Notes: generated by a model from the sequence alone, not told the origin. A stretch of DNA of 64,000 bases from Deltaproteobacteria bacterium (GCA_019310485.1 JAFDEF010000033.1:17174-81173); one strand, 5' to 3'; counted from the stretch's first letter, positions 17,804 to 26,710 are shown. Translations and numbers: made by a program.

Positions 17804-19150
17804 TTATCTTGGTGAGACAGCTTTCAGGCTTGCGGCAGTCGCCTGAACCACTGACTCAGAGATATCTATCGGGCCAGTTGCTCCACCGCAGACATATATC
17901 CCCTCCACCTCTGTTTCCAATGGAGCGGAGATGGGATCCTTTTCTTTAAAAAACCCAAGCTTATCCAATTGGATCTTCAGAATCTTGGCTAACCTCTCAT
18001 TCCTGCTGTTTGCGACAAGACCAGTGGAAAGAACAAGAATTTCTACCTCATCGTACCTAAGCTCACCGCTGTCCAGATCCTCATATCTAACTGTCAAGTT
18101 CTTTGTCTCAGGATCTTCAAAGACGTCATAGGGCCTAGCTCTTACGTATTTGACACCGTTTTCCCTGGCCTTCTCATAGAAAGCCCAGAAGCCCTTGCCA
18201 TAGGCCTTTAGATCATTGTAGTATACCGTGGTATCCACTTGAGGGTCATGTTCCTTTGTTATGATGCTCTGTTTGGTTGCGACCATACAGCATACTTTTG
18301 AACAATAAGGAACTCCTCCCTCCAACCCTCGACCCGCACATTGTATCCATGCAATTCTATGAGCATGTTTACGGTCAGAAGGCCTTATAATCTGTCCTCC
18401 TGTCGGGCCTCCTGCATTCATGAGTCTCTCAAACTGAGTATATGTAACAACATTATCATAGAGATCATAACCATATAGGCCGCGTGGCGGCTTAGCATCT
18501 GCAATACCCGTTGCGATTACAATGCTTCTTACAGCGATATTTATGTTCTTGTTGGCCTGCCAGAGCCGCACTGCATCTTTGCCCTCTTTTCGGCATGCGG
18601 CAACACAGAGCGCAATAGGACATTCACGGCACTGACTGCAGTCGACAACACACCCACCTACACATGCTCCTTTATCGCGCATCCTCCCATAACGGCAGTC
18701 GGGATCTATCACCATTACGTTGGGTACCGCTTGAGGAAAGGGAATTGAAATCAGTTTTCGAACCCCACCTATCTTACCGTCCAGCTCGTCAGGGACAGTA
18801 ACTGGGCACGCTTCCAGGCATGCACCACATCCGGTACATTTCTCTTCGTCAATAAATCTGGCTTTTTTTATGAGTCTGACACTGAAACCGCCGTCAGCCT
18901 TTTTTACCTTTCTGACCTCTGTGTTCGTTAGAATATCTATATTGGGGTGATTGTCGACCTCATACATCTGAGGAGCCTCAATACAGATAGAACAGTCATT
19001 CGTCGGAAAGGTCTTGTCCAGCCTTGCCATCATGCCACCTATGCTTGGCGTGTCATCCACAAGGTAAACATGTGTGCCGTATTTGGCAGCATTCAACGCG
19101 CAATTAATTCCCGCAACTCCTGCGCCGATTATAAGTATTGAGTTATCCAT
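17804..19150 (-). CDS. HdrA-like FAD-dependent Fe-S oxidoreductase (second paralog)
   Basis: 448 aa with ILIIGAGVAGINCAL, the HdrA-typical LDKTFPTNDCSICIE, the ferredoxin motif CTGCGACLEACP, and a C-terminal IYVCGGATGP. Confidence 0.8.
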   Translation of the reverse strand: MDNSILIIGAGVAGINCALNAAKYGTHVYLVDDTPSIGGMMARLDKTFPTNDCSICIEAPQMYEVDNHPNIDILTNTEVRKVKKADGGFSVRLIKKARFIDEEKCTGCGACLEACPVTVPDELDGKIGGVRKLISIPFPQAVPNVMVIDPDCRYGRMRDKGACVGGCVVDCSQCRECPIALCVAACRKEGKDAVRLWQANKNINIAVRSIVIATGIADAKPPRGLYGYDLYDNVVTYTQFERLMNAGGPTGGQIIRPSDRKHAHRIAWIQCAGRGLEGGVPYCSKVCCMVATKQSIITKEHDPQVDTTVYYNDLKAYGKGFWAFYEKARENGVKYVRARPYDVFEDPETKNLTVRYEDLDSGELRYDEVEILVLSTGLVANSRNERLAKILKIQLDKLGFFKEKDPISAPLETEVEGIYVCGGATGPIDISESVVQATAASLKAVSPR

Positions 19151-19336
19151 GAACTTACCTCAGAATCTGCAGATCAGAGTATTCACATTTTTCTTTTGAA
19201 TCTACTCACCGCTTTAAGGGAGGAAGAAGCCTTTGTACTGGCACAGAGGCGATAGGCAAAAAGCTCATAACAAGACTTACTTGTAGGACAAAAAATCCAC
19301 TATGCTATCTCGGAAAGGGGACCCAGCTTGATCATC

Positions 19337-19373
19337 TAAAAAGCATCCTTCTCTGTTCTCAGAGATGGATGCT
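19337..19373 (-). terminator. Rho-independent terminator separating the OYE/ferredoxin operon from the Hdr-like operon
   Basis: The minus strand reads AGCATCCATCTCTG-AGAA-CAGAGAAGGATGCT (14-bp stem, 1 mismatch) followed by TTTTT. It lies about 36 nt after the ferredoxin stop at 19409-19411. Confidence 0.75.
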
Positions 19374-19408
19374 CCTGCACCATGCAAAAAATCCGACGAG
19401 GTGTCATC

Positions 19409-19618
19409 TCATATTTCAGTAATAACGACAGCCTTCGACTTGCATACTGCTTCGCACGTTCGGCACCCAAGACAATTCCTTGGTCGCACAGGGTACGCCT
19501 TGGTTGAAAAATCGAAGACATCCACTGGACAATATCTAACACATTCCTCGCATCCATCACATTTGTCCGCGTCAACGTACACGAGGTAAACTTCAAAATC
19601 TATGTATTTTTTTGCCAT
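19409..19618 (-). CDS. 2x[4Fe-4S] ferredoxin
   Basis: 69 aa with CDGCEECVRYCP and CLGCRTCEAVCK motifs. Confidence 0.85.
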   Translation of the reverse strand: MAKKYIDFEVYLVYVDADKCDGCEECVRYCPVDVFDFSTKAYPVRPRNCLGCRTCEAVCKSKAVVITEI

Positions 19619-19815
19619 ACAAGAGCCTTTTTCCTCATTCCAAACACCTTCCCACTAAACAGAAGGAGCACTGCCTGCCTCTTCCTTACCTCGTCAACAC
19701 CTTCATGAACTCTTTAACAGGAGTGTTTTTGTTACATCAGCCCACCAGCCTCCGCAGGCAGATTAATCGCATCCCTTTTTTCAAGATTCACAAGAACCGG
19801 ATTTTCCTCCCAGAT

Positions 19816-20253
19816 CTAACCTTTCTTAAGTTCATCCCACTTATAGTCTATCAGCTCCAGCAAGACGCCGTTCATTTTCTTAGGATGGATGAAGGCAAAT
19901 TCACAATCTCTGAAAGGCCTTGCGACCTCCCCCCGTTTGTCAGGGATGAAAGGATAGTTTTTCTTTTTCAACTCATCAATGGCTTCCCGCGTGTTATCCA
20001 CGTTGAAGCTTATTAACATAATGCCTTCGCCATTTCTCTCAATGAACTTGGCGACATCACCATCCGGCGAGGTAGATTCCATCAGCTCAAAGCCCACTTC
20101 GCCCACCCAGTACCTGGCAACTCTTATTTTTTCAGGCTCATCAACATAGGGGTCATCCGGCTCAGACTTGCCTAAAATGGGTTCCCAGATCTTCCTCGCT
20201 TCCTCCAGGTTCCTTACGGCAATACAAATATGGTCTATCTTATTCACCTTCAT
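19816..20253 (-). CDS. VOC-family (glyoxalase / methylmalonyl-CoA-epimerase-like) protein
   Basis: 145 aa. The N-terminus KIDHICIAVRNLEEA and the FELMES...GEGIMLISFNVDN pattern are typical of the vicinal-oxygen-chelate fold. GGAGG RBS. Confidence 0.75.
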   Translation of the reverse strand: MKVNKIDHICIAVRNLEEARKIWEPILGKSEPDDPYVDEPEKIRVARYWVGEVGFELMESTSPDGDVAKFIERNGEGIMLISFNVDNTREAIDELKKKNYPFIPDKRGEVARPFRDCEFAFIHPKKMNGVLLELIDYKWDELKKG

Positions 20254-20333
20254 ATCTATCGCCTCCTCAGTAGTGGCAACCTCTCATCTCAGTTTTCCAT
20301 TGAAATTAAGGGAAAACTTTCTTCAAAACGCTT

Positions 20334-20540
20334 TCAAAAGGTTACCTTTTCAACAGAAACTGTTATGGCCCTGTCTGGACAAACAACTCCACACTCATTG
20401 CAATCTTCACACAAAAACTCAGTGACCACAATCCTGTCATCCTGCACCCTTATTGCTGAATCAGGGCAAATCTCCACACACAAAGGTTGGACCACGCCTC
20501 CACACTTATTACACTTATTTAAATCCACCTGAGCAGCCAT
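20334..20540 (-). CDS. 2x[4Fe-4S] ferredoxin
   Basis: 68 aa with CNKCGG...CVEICP and CEDCNECGVVCP motifs. Confidence 0.8.
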   Translation of the reverse strand: MAAQVDLNKCNKCGGVVQPLCVEICPDSAIRVQDDRIVVTEFLCEDCNECGVVCPDRAITVSVEKVTF

Positions 20541-20562
20541 TTTTGCACCTCTCTTCTTGACG

Positions 20563-21090
20563 TTATTCTACTTTGTACAGTCTTCTCAAACAAACGCCCT
20601 GGCCCCTTGGAATGGCTTTCAGCGTCTCTATTTTGTAATTCACATTGAAAAATACATTCACGTCCGGAAGTATGTTTTCAAGAATCTTATCACAACACAA
20701 CACGTCTTCTTCCATCTTAACACCATACTGTTTGGCATAAGAAGGCCATGGACACCTCTCCCACTTGATGAACATCTCGAAGGGCTTTTCTCCTGGCTCT
20801 ACCTTGACAATAGCCCCTTGTGTAATCCACTGAAGAGCAATCCCTCCGGCAAAACTTCTCAACCAAGCCTCCTCTCCCTTTAGCCAGTTTAACCTTGGGA
20901 GGGAAGCTTTCCCCAATTCTTTGCCAATTATTTCCGCTGCCTTCAGACTGACGTCAAGCGGGTTGGCATCAGGCCCCGCCAGTTCTAATGCCGCCTGGCG
21001 CCACCTATAGTACATTCGACCAATTTCAGCTTGCGCATTGTGGAGATTCCCCCACAATTTGCTGATCTCTTTTTCCGCATCAAAAGACAT
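20563..21090 (-). CDS. hypothetical protein, possibly ATC-hydrolase-like (L-2-amino-thiazoline-4-carboxylate hydrolase family)
   Basis: 175 aa with a strong GGAGG RBS overlapping the upstream stop. The C-terminal pattern RCPW...YG...LCCDKIL...PRGQGVCLRRL resembles that family from memory. The function is uncertain. Confidence 0.45.
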   Translation of the reverse strand: MSFDAEKEISKLWGNLHNAQAEIGRMYYRWRQAALELAGPDANPLDVSLKAAEIIGKELGKASLPRLNWLKGEEAWLRSFAGGIALQWITQGAIVKVEPGEKPFEMFIKWERCPWPSYAKQYGVKMEEDVLCCDKILENILPDVNVFFNVNYKIETLKAIPRGQGVCLRRLYKVE

Positions 21091-21104
21091 TTTTGACCTC
21101 CTCT

Positions 21105-23093
21105 CTAAATCCTAATCCCAATTCGAAAACCGTCATGCACTGCGCTGGAAATATTCCGCGGCACAAGGGCATCGCCAATAACAAAAAGCTCGATACCCTC
21201 CCCTTGAACTACGTTCTTAAGGTTTTCATTCAGCTCCCTTTCAGTAAGTACAATAGTGTCGAATTTTAAAGGGAACCGGTACCCGTCATATGTCTTCACT
21301 ATAAGCTCACCTTCGCTGACCTGCTCTATCTGGCAGTCGTTATACGTCTTGATCTTGTTCTGTCTCATGTAAATCAGATACCGCCATTTGAAGGACGGGT
21401 TCACGTCAAAGCCCGCTGATTTCTCTTTCCCCACCATCGTAACTTTTTTCCCCTGTTTGGCCAGAAATAGAGCCACTCCAATGCCGGGTTTCCGGTTGCC
21501 CCAGACGACCACCTTGTCTCCGACTTTCGCATCACCTCTCAACACATCCAGTATACTTACCACCTTATCCTTAACTGATTCTGGAACTTCCAGCTGAGGG
21601 TATGTAGGTCCTGTAGCCAGAACTACGCTGTCGGGAAGCTCATCTCTGATTAAGTCTTCATTGACTTCGGTACCCAGATGAAAATGAACTCCCGCCTTCT
21701 TGCACTGGGTCTCCTGGTATTTAATGCAGGTAAGGAGCTCATCGTCGCCGTAAGGGGCTTTTGATGCCTCTAGGACTGTTCCCCCGACTTGGTCCTTCTT
21801 ATCATAGACATGCACTTCATGCCCCCTCTGGGCAGCCACATACGCGCATTCAAGACCTGCCGGCCCGGCCCCCACGATCATAATGTTCTTTTCCTCTTCA
21901 GGGGGAGGTGGATCTGTATATTTGGGATCATGTTCATGAGCACAAAGGGGATTGATGTAGCAGGTCATTGGTGCATCTCGAAAGAGCCTTGCAAGGCACA
22001 AGTTGCAGGCCACGCACCATCTTATATCTTCCTCCTTCCCCTCAAGAACTTTCAAGGGCATGAGAGGATCTGCAATCATAGGCCGGCACATTTGCCACAT
22101 ATCCAATTCGCCCTTTCCAATGGCCTCGTTCGGAAGTCTCGGATCAAAGAGCCTATAAGCCATCATAATAGGAACTTTCACGTTTTCCTTAGCCCGTTTT
22201 GCCAGGTAAAGCCAGCTACCCTGAGGCACGTCTCGGCTGATAACCGGAACAATGGACTCTTGCCATCCGGCAGTTACGCTAATGTAGTCAACGCCAGCTT
22301 CTTCCGAAATCTTATACGTCTCCATGGATTCCTCGGGTGTATTCCCCCGAACATCATCTAGGAGCTCTTCAGCGCAAAGACGAATACCAATGGGCACATC
22401 TGGGCCGCACACCTCCTTGAGTCCCTTGATAATATCCACGACAACCTTCATTCTGCCCCTTATATCACCGCCATATTCGTCGGTTCTCCTGTTGGTATAG
22501 CTGGAGATAAAATTCGAGATCAGATAACCCACAATGCCTGAAATCTCGATAATATCAAACCCTGCCTCAAGTCCTCTTTTGGCTGCGTCCAAATGCTGCT
22601 GGACCATTTCTTCAATCTCGGCCTTGCTCATCTCCAGTATGGGCCTGAAGATCCTCAGACGCTGAGGAACAGCCGAAGGGCCATGGCCATATTCTACATC
22701 TACTGCTCCGACTCGACCGCAATCCATCAGTTGAAAACCTGCAATCGCCTTTTGGCTGTGGATAGCATCGGCCAGCCGCTTTAAGCCTGGAATATACTTG
22801 TCATCCCATGCCGCGGCTTGCCCAACATATCCCTGCCCCTTGCGAGGTTCATCCATGTAGACTCCCTGCATGAAGCAGATACCGCCAACAACTCCTTTAG
22901 CCCTGTTTGTAATGTAGGCCACATCAGCATCTGTTACAAAACCATCGTGGGTGTTCAAGTTGTCTTCGGTAGCCGCATACACGATTCGGTTTGGAATCGT
23001 AAGGGCCCCAATATCAATTGGTTTAAACAGATGCGGGTACTTCTTGGCCCCAGGATACGATGAATAATCCCATTCAAATAATTGCTTAGCCAT
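21105..23093 (-). CDS. Old-Yellow-Enzyme-family FMN oxidoreductase with C-terminal FAD/NAD(P)-binding domain (FadH / 2,4-dienoyl-CoA reductase / aryl-CoA reductase-like)
   Basis: 662 aa. The N-terminus is an OYE TIM-barrel (LFKPIDIGALTIPNRIVYAA...). Central Cys motif: CVACNLCLAR...MTCYINP. Rossmann motif IMIVGAGPAGLECA. GGAGGGG RBS. Confidence 0.85.
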   Translation of the reverse strand: MAKQLFEWDYSSYPGAKKYPHLFKPIDIGALTIPNRIVYAATEDNLNTHDGFVTDADVAYITNRAKGVVGGICFMQGVYMDEPRKGQGYVGQAAAWDDKYIPGLKRLADAIHSQKAIAGFQLMDCGRVGAVDVEYGHGPSAVPQRLRIFRPILEMSKAEIEEMVQQHLDAAKRGLEAGFDIIEISGIVGYLISNFISSYTNRRTDEYGGDIRGRMKVVVDIIKGLKEVCGPDVPIGIRLCAEELLDDVRGNTPEESMETYKISEEAGVDYISVTAGWQESIVPVISRDVPQGSWLYLAKRAKENVKVPIMMAYRLFDPRLPNEAIGKGELDMWQMCRPMIADPLMPLKVLEGKEEDIRWCVACNLCLARLFRDAPMTCYINPLCAHEHDPKYTDPPPPEEEKNIMIVGAGPAGLECAYVAAQRGHEVHVYDKKDQVGGTVLEASKAPYGDDELLTCIKYQETQCKKAGVHFHLGTEVNEDLIRDELPDSVVLATGPTYPQLEVPESVKDKVVSILDVLRGDAKVGDKVVVWGNRKPGIGVALFLAKQGKKVTMVGKEKSAGFDVNPSFKWRYLIYMRQNKIKTYNDCQIEQVSEGELIVKTYDGYRFPLKFDTIVLTERELNENLKNVVQGEGIELFVIGDALVPRNISSAVHDGFRIGIRI

Positions 23094-23194
23094 TTATTAC
23101 CCCTCCTTTTCAATTTGTCTGGTGAACATTTTCTTGTTTAACCCCAACTACTTTACGAGATGCCAATTCTTCAACTCCAGATCGCCACTCTGGA

Positions 23195-23869
23195 TTAGGC
23201 GAGAGCCTCTCGATCCCCGCCGTTTTCACTACCAACACCCACTGCTTCATTGTGGAGATTGTTCAGCATTTCGGAATTATGTGCTTTAAATGCATCGGTC
23301 ATAAGCTCAAAGATATCTTCCAGGTTTTCAAACAAGGAGTATGACATATCTTTCAAAAGCCAGCGCGTAATTATATGATCCATGGTTCCAACAAATATAT
23401 CCCTCGCAAAACGAGGATTCAGGTCTCCTCTCATCTCACCAGAAGTCCGTCCTTCTTCAAATATGTCCAACAAGTACGAGTATAACTTCCTGACGTTGGA
23501 GTAAACTTGGGTGTTCAAGAAATTTGCGTTTGTCTTCAGAAATAGATATACGATCTTTGCATCCAGGGGCGATTGTTCAACACGTCGCATGTACCACCAC
23601 AGGTACTTCCTGAGCTTGCCGAACGCACCCTTTATGCCGAATAATTGTTCATCCAGGTCCTTGAGAAGTTCAGATACCCACAAATCAGGAATAGTAAGCA
23701 GCAGATCTTCCTTGCCCTGGAAGTATTCGTAAAGGGCAGCTTCGGAAAGCCCTGCCTGCTTTGAAATATCCACAACTGTGGTTTTCTGGTATCCCTGTTC
23801 GGCGAAAAGCTTTTTCGCTGAACTAATAATTCGCTCTCTCGTATTTTCTTTTTGGCTTCTATTTGCCAC
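23195..23869 (-). CDS. TetR/AcrR-family transcriptional regulator
   Basis: N-terminal HTH (RERIISSAKKLFAEQGYQKTTVVDISKQAGLSEAALYEYF). It lies directly upstream of, and co-oriented with, the OYE operon. Confidence 0.9.
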   Translation of the reverse strand: MANRSQKENTRERIISSAKKLFAEQGYQKTTVVDISKQAGLSEAALYEYFQGKEDLLLTIPDLWVSELLKDLDEQLFGIKGAFGKLRKYLWWYMRRVEQSPLDAKIVYLFLKTNANFLNTQVYSNVRKLYSYLLDIFEEGRTSGEMRGDLNPRFARDIFVGTMDHIITRWLLKDMSYSLFENLEDIFELMTDAFKAHNSEMLNNLHNEAVGVGSENGGDREALA

Positions 23870-24316
23870 TATTACCTGTCGAAGATTACTAGGAAGTTTT
23901 TAAGGATATCTCTGGAAACAACACTATCTATCTGATTTTCCTATATTTATTTCCCTAATCACCCTATCCGTATGGCTCCTTTAACTTATCTCTACACAGC
24001 TTCTTTGGTTCCTGGAGAAACCACCTTGAGGAATAACAGATGAAAATAAAGTTCAAGATCGCTCAGATCTATATTGACGTTAGGAAGCTTAACCAATTGT
24101 TTTTATAGCCAGTTTTGAGCGTAATGACCTGCTGATTTCATAGGACCTAATATCATTAGGTCTCCCGTGTGTCAAGAAAAAATTGCAAAAATCTCGGGAC
24201 AGGTTATATGCTTATTGAGGCACTCCTCTTCCCTTAGCAAAACCCGCTACGGGGTTTCCCGTGGTTTAATAGAATTTGCTGCTTGGATTAAAATTTTTGC
24301 AAAAAGAGGGTGGAAA

Positions 24317-24595
24317 ATGGATCTAAAGACACTACTGACCACATTCGGGATGATTTTCCTTGCCGAACTGGGCGATAAAACACAGCTGGCAACATTTGCC
24401 TTCTCTGCTAATACTCGCTCACCCCTGTCCGTCTTCGTCGGTTCTGCCAGCGCGTTGATACTCACATCCCTTCTTGCAGTGCTGCTGGGAGCAGCCATTG
24501 GAAGAGTGGTGCCCCAGAATTATATTAAGACTGTGGCAGGGCTACTGTTTGTAGGCCTGGGTTTGTGGATGGTAATTCTTCCAGGAGGGAAGTAA
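24317..24595 (+). CDS. TMEM165/GDT1 (UPF0016) family membrane protein, single-domain
   Basis: The track ORF starts at GTG 24167. The ATG at 24317 gives a 92-aa membrane protein with the family signature ELGDKTQ and three hydrophobic helices. Confidence 0.75.
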   Translation: MDLKTLLTTFGMIFLAELGDKTQLATFAFSANTRSPLSVFVGSASALILTSLLAVLLGAAIGRVVPQNYIKTVAGLLFVGLGLWMVILPGGK

Positions 24596-24631
24596 ACCCT
24601 GTGGGATTTCGCACGGGGCATTGAACCCCGT

Positions 24632-24703
24632 GCGAAAAAGCGGGAAAAAACTTTATTTACCATCCCCGTGCTCCCGCACGGGGCATTCCTGCGGGGTAAA
24701 GGC
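24632..24703 (+). repeat. ~72-nt hairpin repeat, family F4, copy 1
   Basis: gcgaaaaag...atccccgtgctcccgcacggggcattcctgcggggtaaaggc aligns with the reverse complement of 51248-51319. The core hairpin is CCCCGTG-N6-CACGGGG. A related perfect 11-bp-stem hairpin lies at 24608-24636. Confidence 0.8.
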
Positions 24704-24746
24704 AAGGGCGGCGCGGGCAAGTGTGTCCCCCGAAGCTCGGTTCACA

Positions 24747-25157
24747 TTACTCTTTGCTGGCATCTGAAACTTGATTCACAAACCGATGAAAAGCTGCAGA
24801 AATATGAACCCATGCCGTCAGAGCCATGCGAGTGGCAGCCTCAGCTATCGCCTCTGTTCTGTCAATTCTCTCCTGCCCCTGATCCTTCCGTGGGACTCCC
24901 TTTTCACCTCCTTTTCCCCGGGCTCCAGGCTCTTTCCTGTCAGCGGTATTTTGCCCGGTATCGAGACGGATCCGCAGCGTATCGTAGGCGGCATTGATCT
25001 CTTTTAACTTTTGCTCTGCCTTCCTTTTTAGCCGGGGCTTGTTGCTGAATCTGTCAGGATGCCAAATATTTACCAGGTCCTTGTACGCCTCTTTCACTTG
25101 CTGAAAAGACGCATTTCGATCAAGGTCAAGGATTTTATAACAATGCTCAATATCCAT
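24747..25157 (-). CDS. J-domain (DnaJ-like) protein
   Basis: N-terminal J domain with the HPD motif (CYKILDLDRNASFQQVKEAYKDLVNIWHPDRF...AYDTL). The remainder is low complexity. Confidence 0.85.
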   Translation of the reverse strand: MDIEHCYKILDLDRNASFQQVKEAYKDLVNIWHPDRFSNKPRLKRKAEQKLKEINAAYDTLRIRLDTGQNTADRKEPGARGKGGEKGVPRKDQGQERIDRTEAIAEAATRMALTAWVHISAAFHRFVNQVSDASKE

Positions 25158-25420
25158 TCTGCACCGTTTGGCTTCCTGGCGTGTACTGCTCTAGCATCGT
25201 GTTGCGCTTTCGGCTCATGAAGTGATTCAATGTATAACAAATGAAACCTTTCTTGTGAAGAACTATTGTAGAGCGCGAACGGCAAGAAATTCTTCTCCAA
25301 AATGCCCCAATACCTGAATTCCCCTTGTTTTGCAGATAAAATTCTGGTAGCTATTCAGGTGCTTAGACTGAGGATTTACCCGCATGTCTTGTAGCGAGAA
25401 AAAGGCCCAGGAGGTGTTTC

Positions 25421-25999
25421 ATGGACACTAAAGTTCCGAGTCGAGAAGAGGCTTTTCGGTTGCTGACCAAGTACAACAAAAATGAAAGCCTTATCAAGCA
25501 TGCGCTGGCCGTGGAAGCGGTGATGCGCTACTTTGCCAGAAAACGAGGCGAAGACGAAGACAAATGGGGCATTATTGGCCTTATTCACGACCTTGATTAC
25601 GAGAAGTTTCCTTCAGAGCATTGCCATAAGACAGAGGAAATTTTGCGTGAGAATCAATGGCCCGAGGAATACATCAGGGCTGCGATCAGCCATGGATGGG
25701 GGATTTGCTCCGAAGTGGAACCCAAAACTGAACTTGAAAAAGTCCTCTATGCTGTTGATGAACTGACAGGCCTTGTCGTTACAACAGCCCTTGTCCGCCC
25801 TTCCAAGAGCATCCTGGACACCACGACAAAATCCGTCAAGAAGAAATGGAAGGACAAAAGGTTTGCTGCAGGGGTCAACAGGTCTGTTATTGAAAAAGGG
25901 GCCGAAATGTTGGGCATGGATTTAGGAGATCTGATTACGGATACAATCAAAGGGATGCAGGAAGTTGCAGAAGAGATAGGGTTAAAGGGTACACTGTGA
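25421..25999 (+). CDS. HD-domain metal-dependent phosphohydrolase
   Basis: 192 aa. H...HD pattern (IKHALAVEAVM...GLIHDLDY). GGAGG RBS. Confidence 0.8.
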   Translation: MDTKVPSREEAFRLLTKYNKNESLIKHALAVEAVMRYFARKRGEDEDKWGIIGLIHDLDYEKFPSEHCHKTEEILRENQWPEEYIRAAISHGWGICSEVEPKTELEKVLYAVDELTGLVVTTALVRPSKSILDTTTKSVKKKWKDKRFAAGVNRSVIEKGAEMLGMDLGDLITDTIKGMQEVAEEIGLKGTL

Positions 26000-26300
26000 T
26001 ACCCGCGCTCGAACACAAAACTTTCTGTCTTTCGCTGTCAAGCTACAACGCAAGGCGGTCATGGGTATCTCTCCACTCCGGTGCTGCACCCGTGCTTGCA
26101 AAGCTAATATTGATTTCGCTTTGCCGGGGCAACAGTAAGACTTGGAATATTTCCTTAGCCACAATGCCATGCTTCCCTGTGAATCCTTGTAACCTAAGAA
26201 AATTCCTTGACAAAATGAACAACTGAGGGTAATTTGTTCCTGCCAAGTCAAAAATACCCCTAGGAACAAAGAATATCTTTCCCTAAAGGAGTAAAGGCTT

Positions 26301-26588
26301 ATGACTGTGACAAAAGATCACATCGTCAATTCCCTTTGTAATGAGTTGGAACTACCTAAAAAACGAAGTGCCGAGCTACTCGAATCACTTCTAAAGCTCA
26401 TTACAGGCTCGCTTCAGAATGGCGAGGATGTGCTGATCAGCGGATTTGGGAAATTTTGTGTAAGATACAAAAAGGAAAGAAAAGGAAGAAATCCGGCGAC
26501 AGGGGAAGATTTGATGCTTAGCCCTAGGAGGGTTGTTACTTTTAAATGCTCTCCAGTCTTGAGGGCCAAGGTAAATCAAAATCAATAG
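26301..26588 (+). CDS. IHF/HU-family DNA-bending protein
   Basis: 95 aa with the family signature (GFGKFCVRYKKERKGRNPATGEDLMLSPRRVVTFKCS). AAAGGAG RBS. A possible TTGACA-17-TAATTT promoter lies at about 26205-26233. Confidence 0.9.
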   Translation: MTVTKDHIVNSLCNELELPKKRSAELLESLLKLITGSLQNGEDVLISGFGKFCVRYKKERKGRNPATGEDLMLSPRRVVTFKCSPVLRAKVNQNQ

Positions 26589-26710
26589 ATTGTATCCTAG
26601 GACGTTCTTTTCTTCCCTTATTTCTCGAACCATCGGGTAGGGTCACATCTCATGAAAGACAGTCTTTTTCGTAAATAGTGATAAATCCGACCCGGTATTG
26701 TCCAGTCTTT

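Noticed and set aside
19237-19252. Additional sigma-54-like strings: TGGCACAGAGGCGATA at 19237 (plus strand), TGGCATCGATTGATGC at about 4714 (plus strand), TGGAAGAAAAAAAGCT at about 8299.
   Set aside because: The -12 GC is mis-spaced, or the match faces away from any gene, or the match outside GG/GC is very poor.
24163-24316. yybP-ykoY (Mn) riboswitch upstream of the GDT1/UPF0016 gene.
   Set aside because: Only a vague UUAGCAAAACC similarity to the 3' conserved segment is present. The 5' GGGGAGUAG core and the four-way-junction helices could not be built by hand. A covariance-model search is needed to be certain.
24167-24316. N-terminal extensions suggested by the ORF track. Examples: 24167 for GDT1, 59654 for folD, 44095 for comEC, 2489 for ASST1, 49636 for DUF1178, 33534 for speH-like and 40874 for cytochrome c3.
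   Set aside because: The extensions lack family similarity. They overlap upstream genes or repeats, and internal ATGs with good Shine-Dalgarno sequences give N-termini typical of the families.
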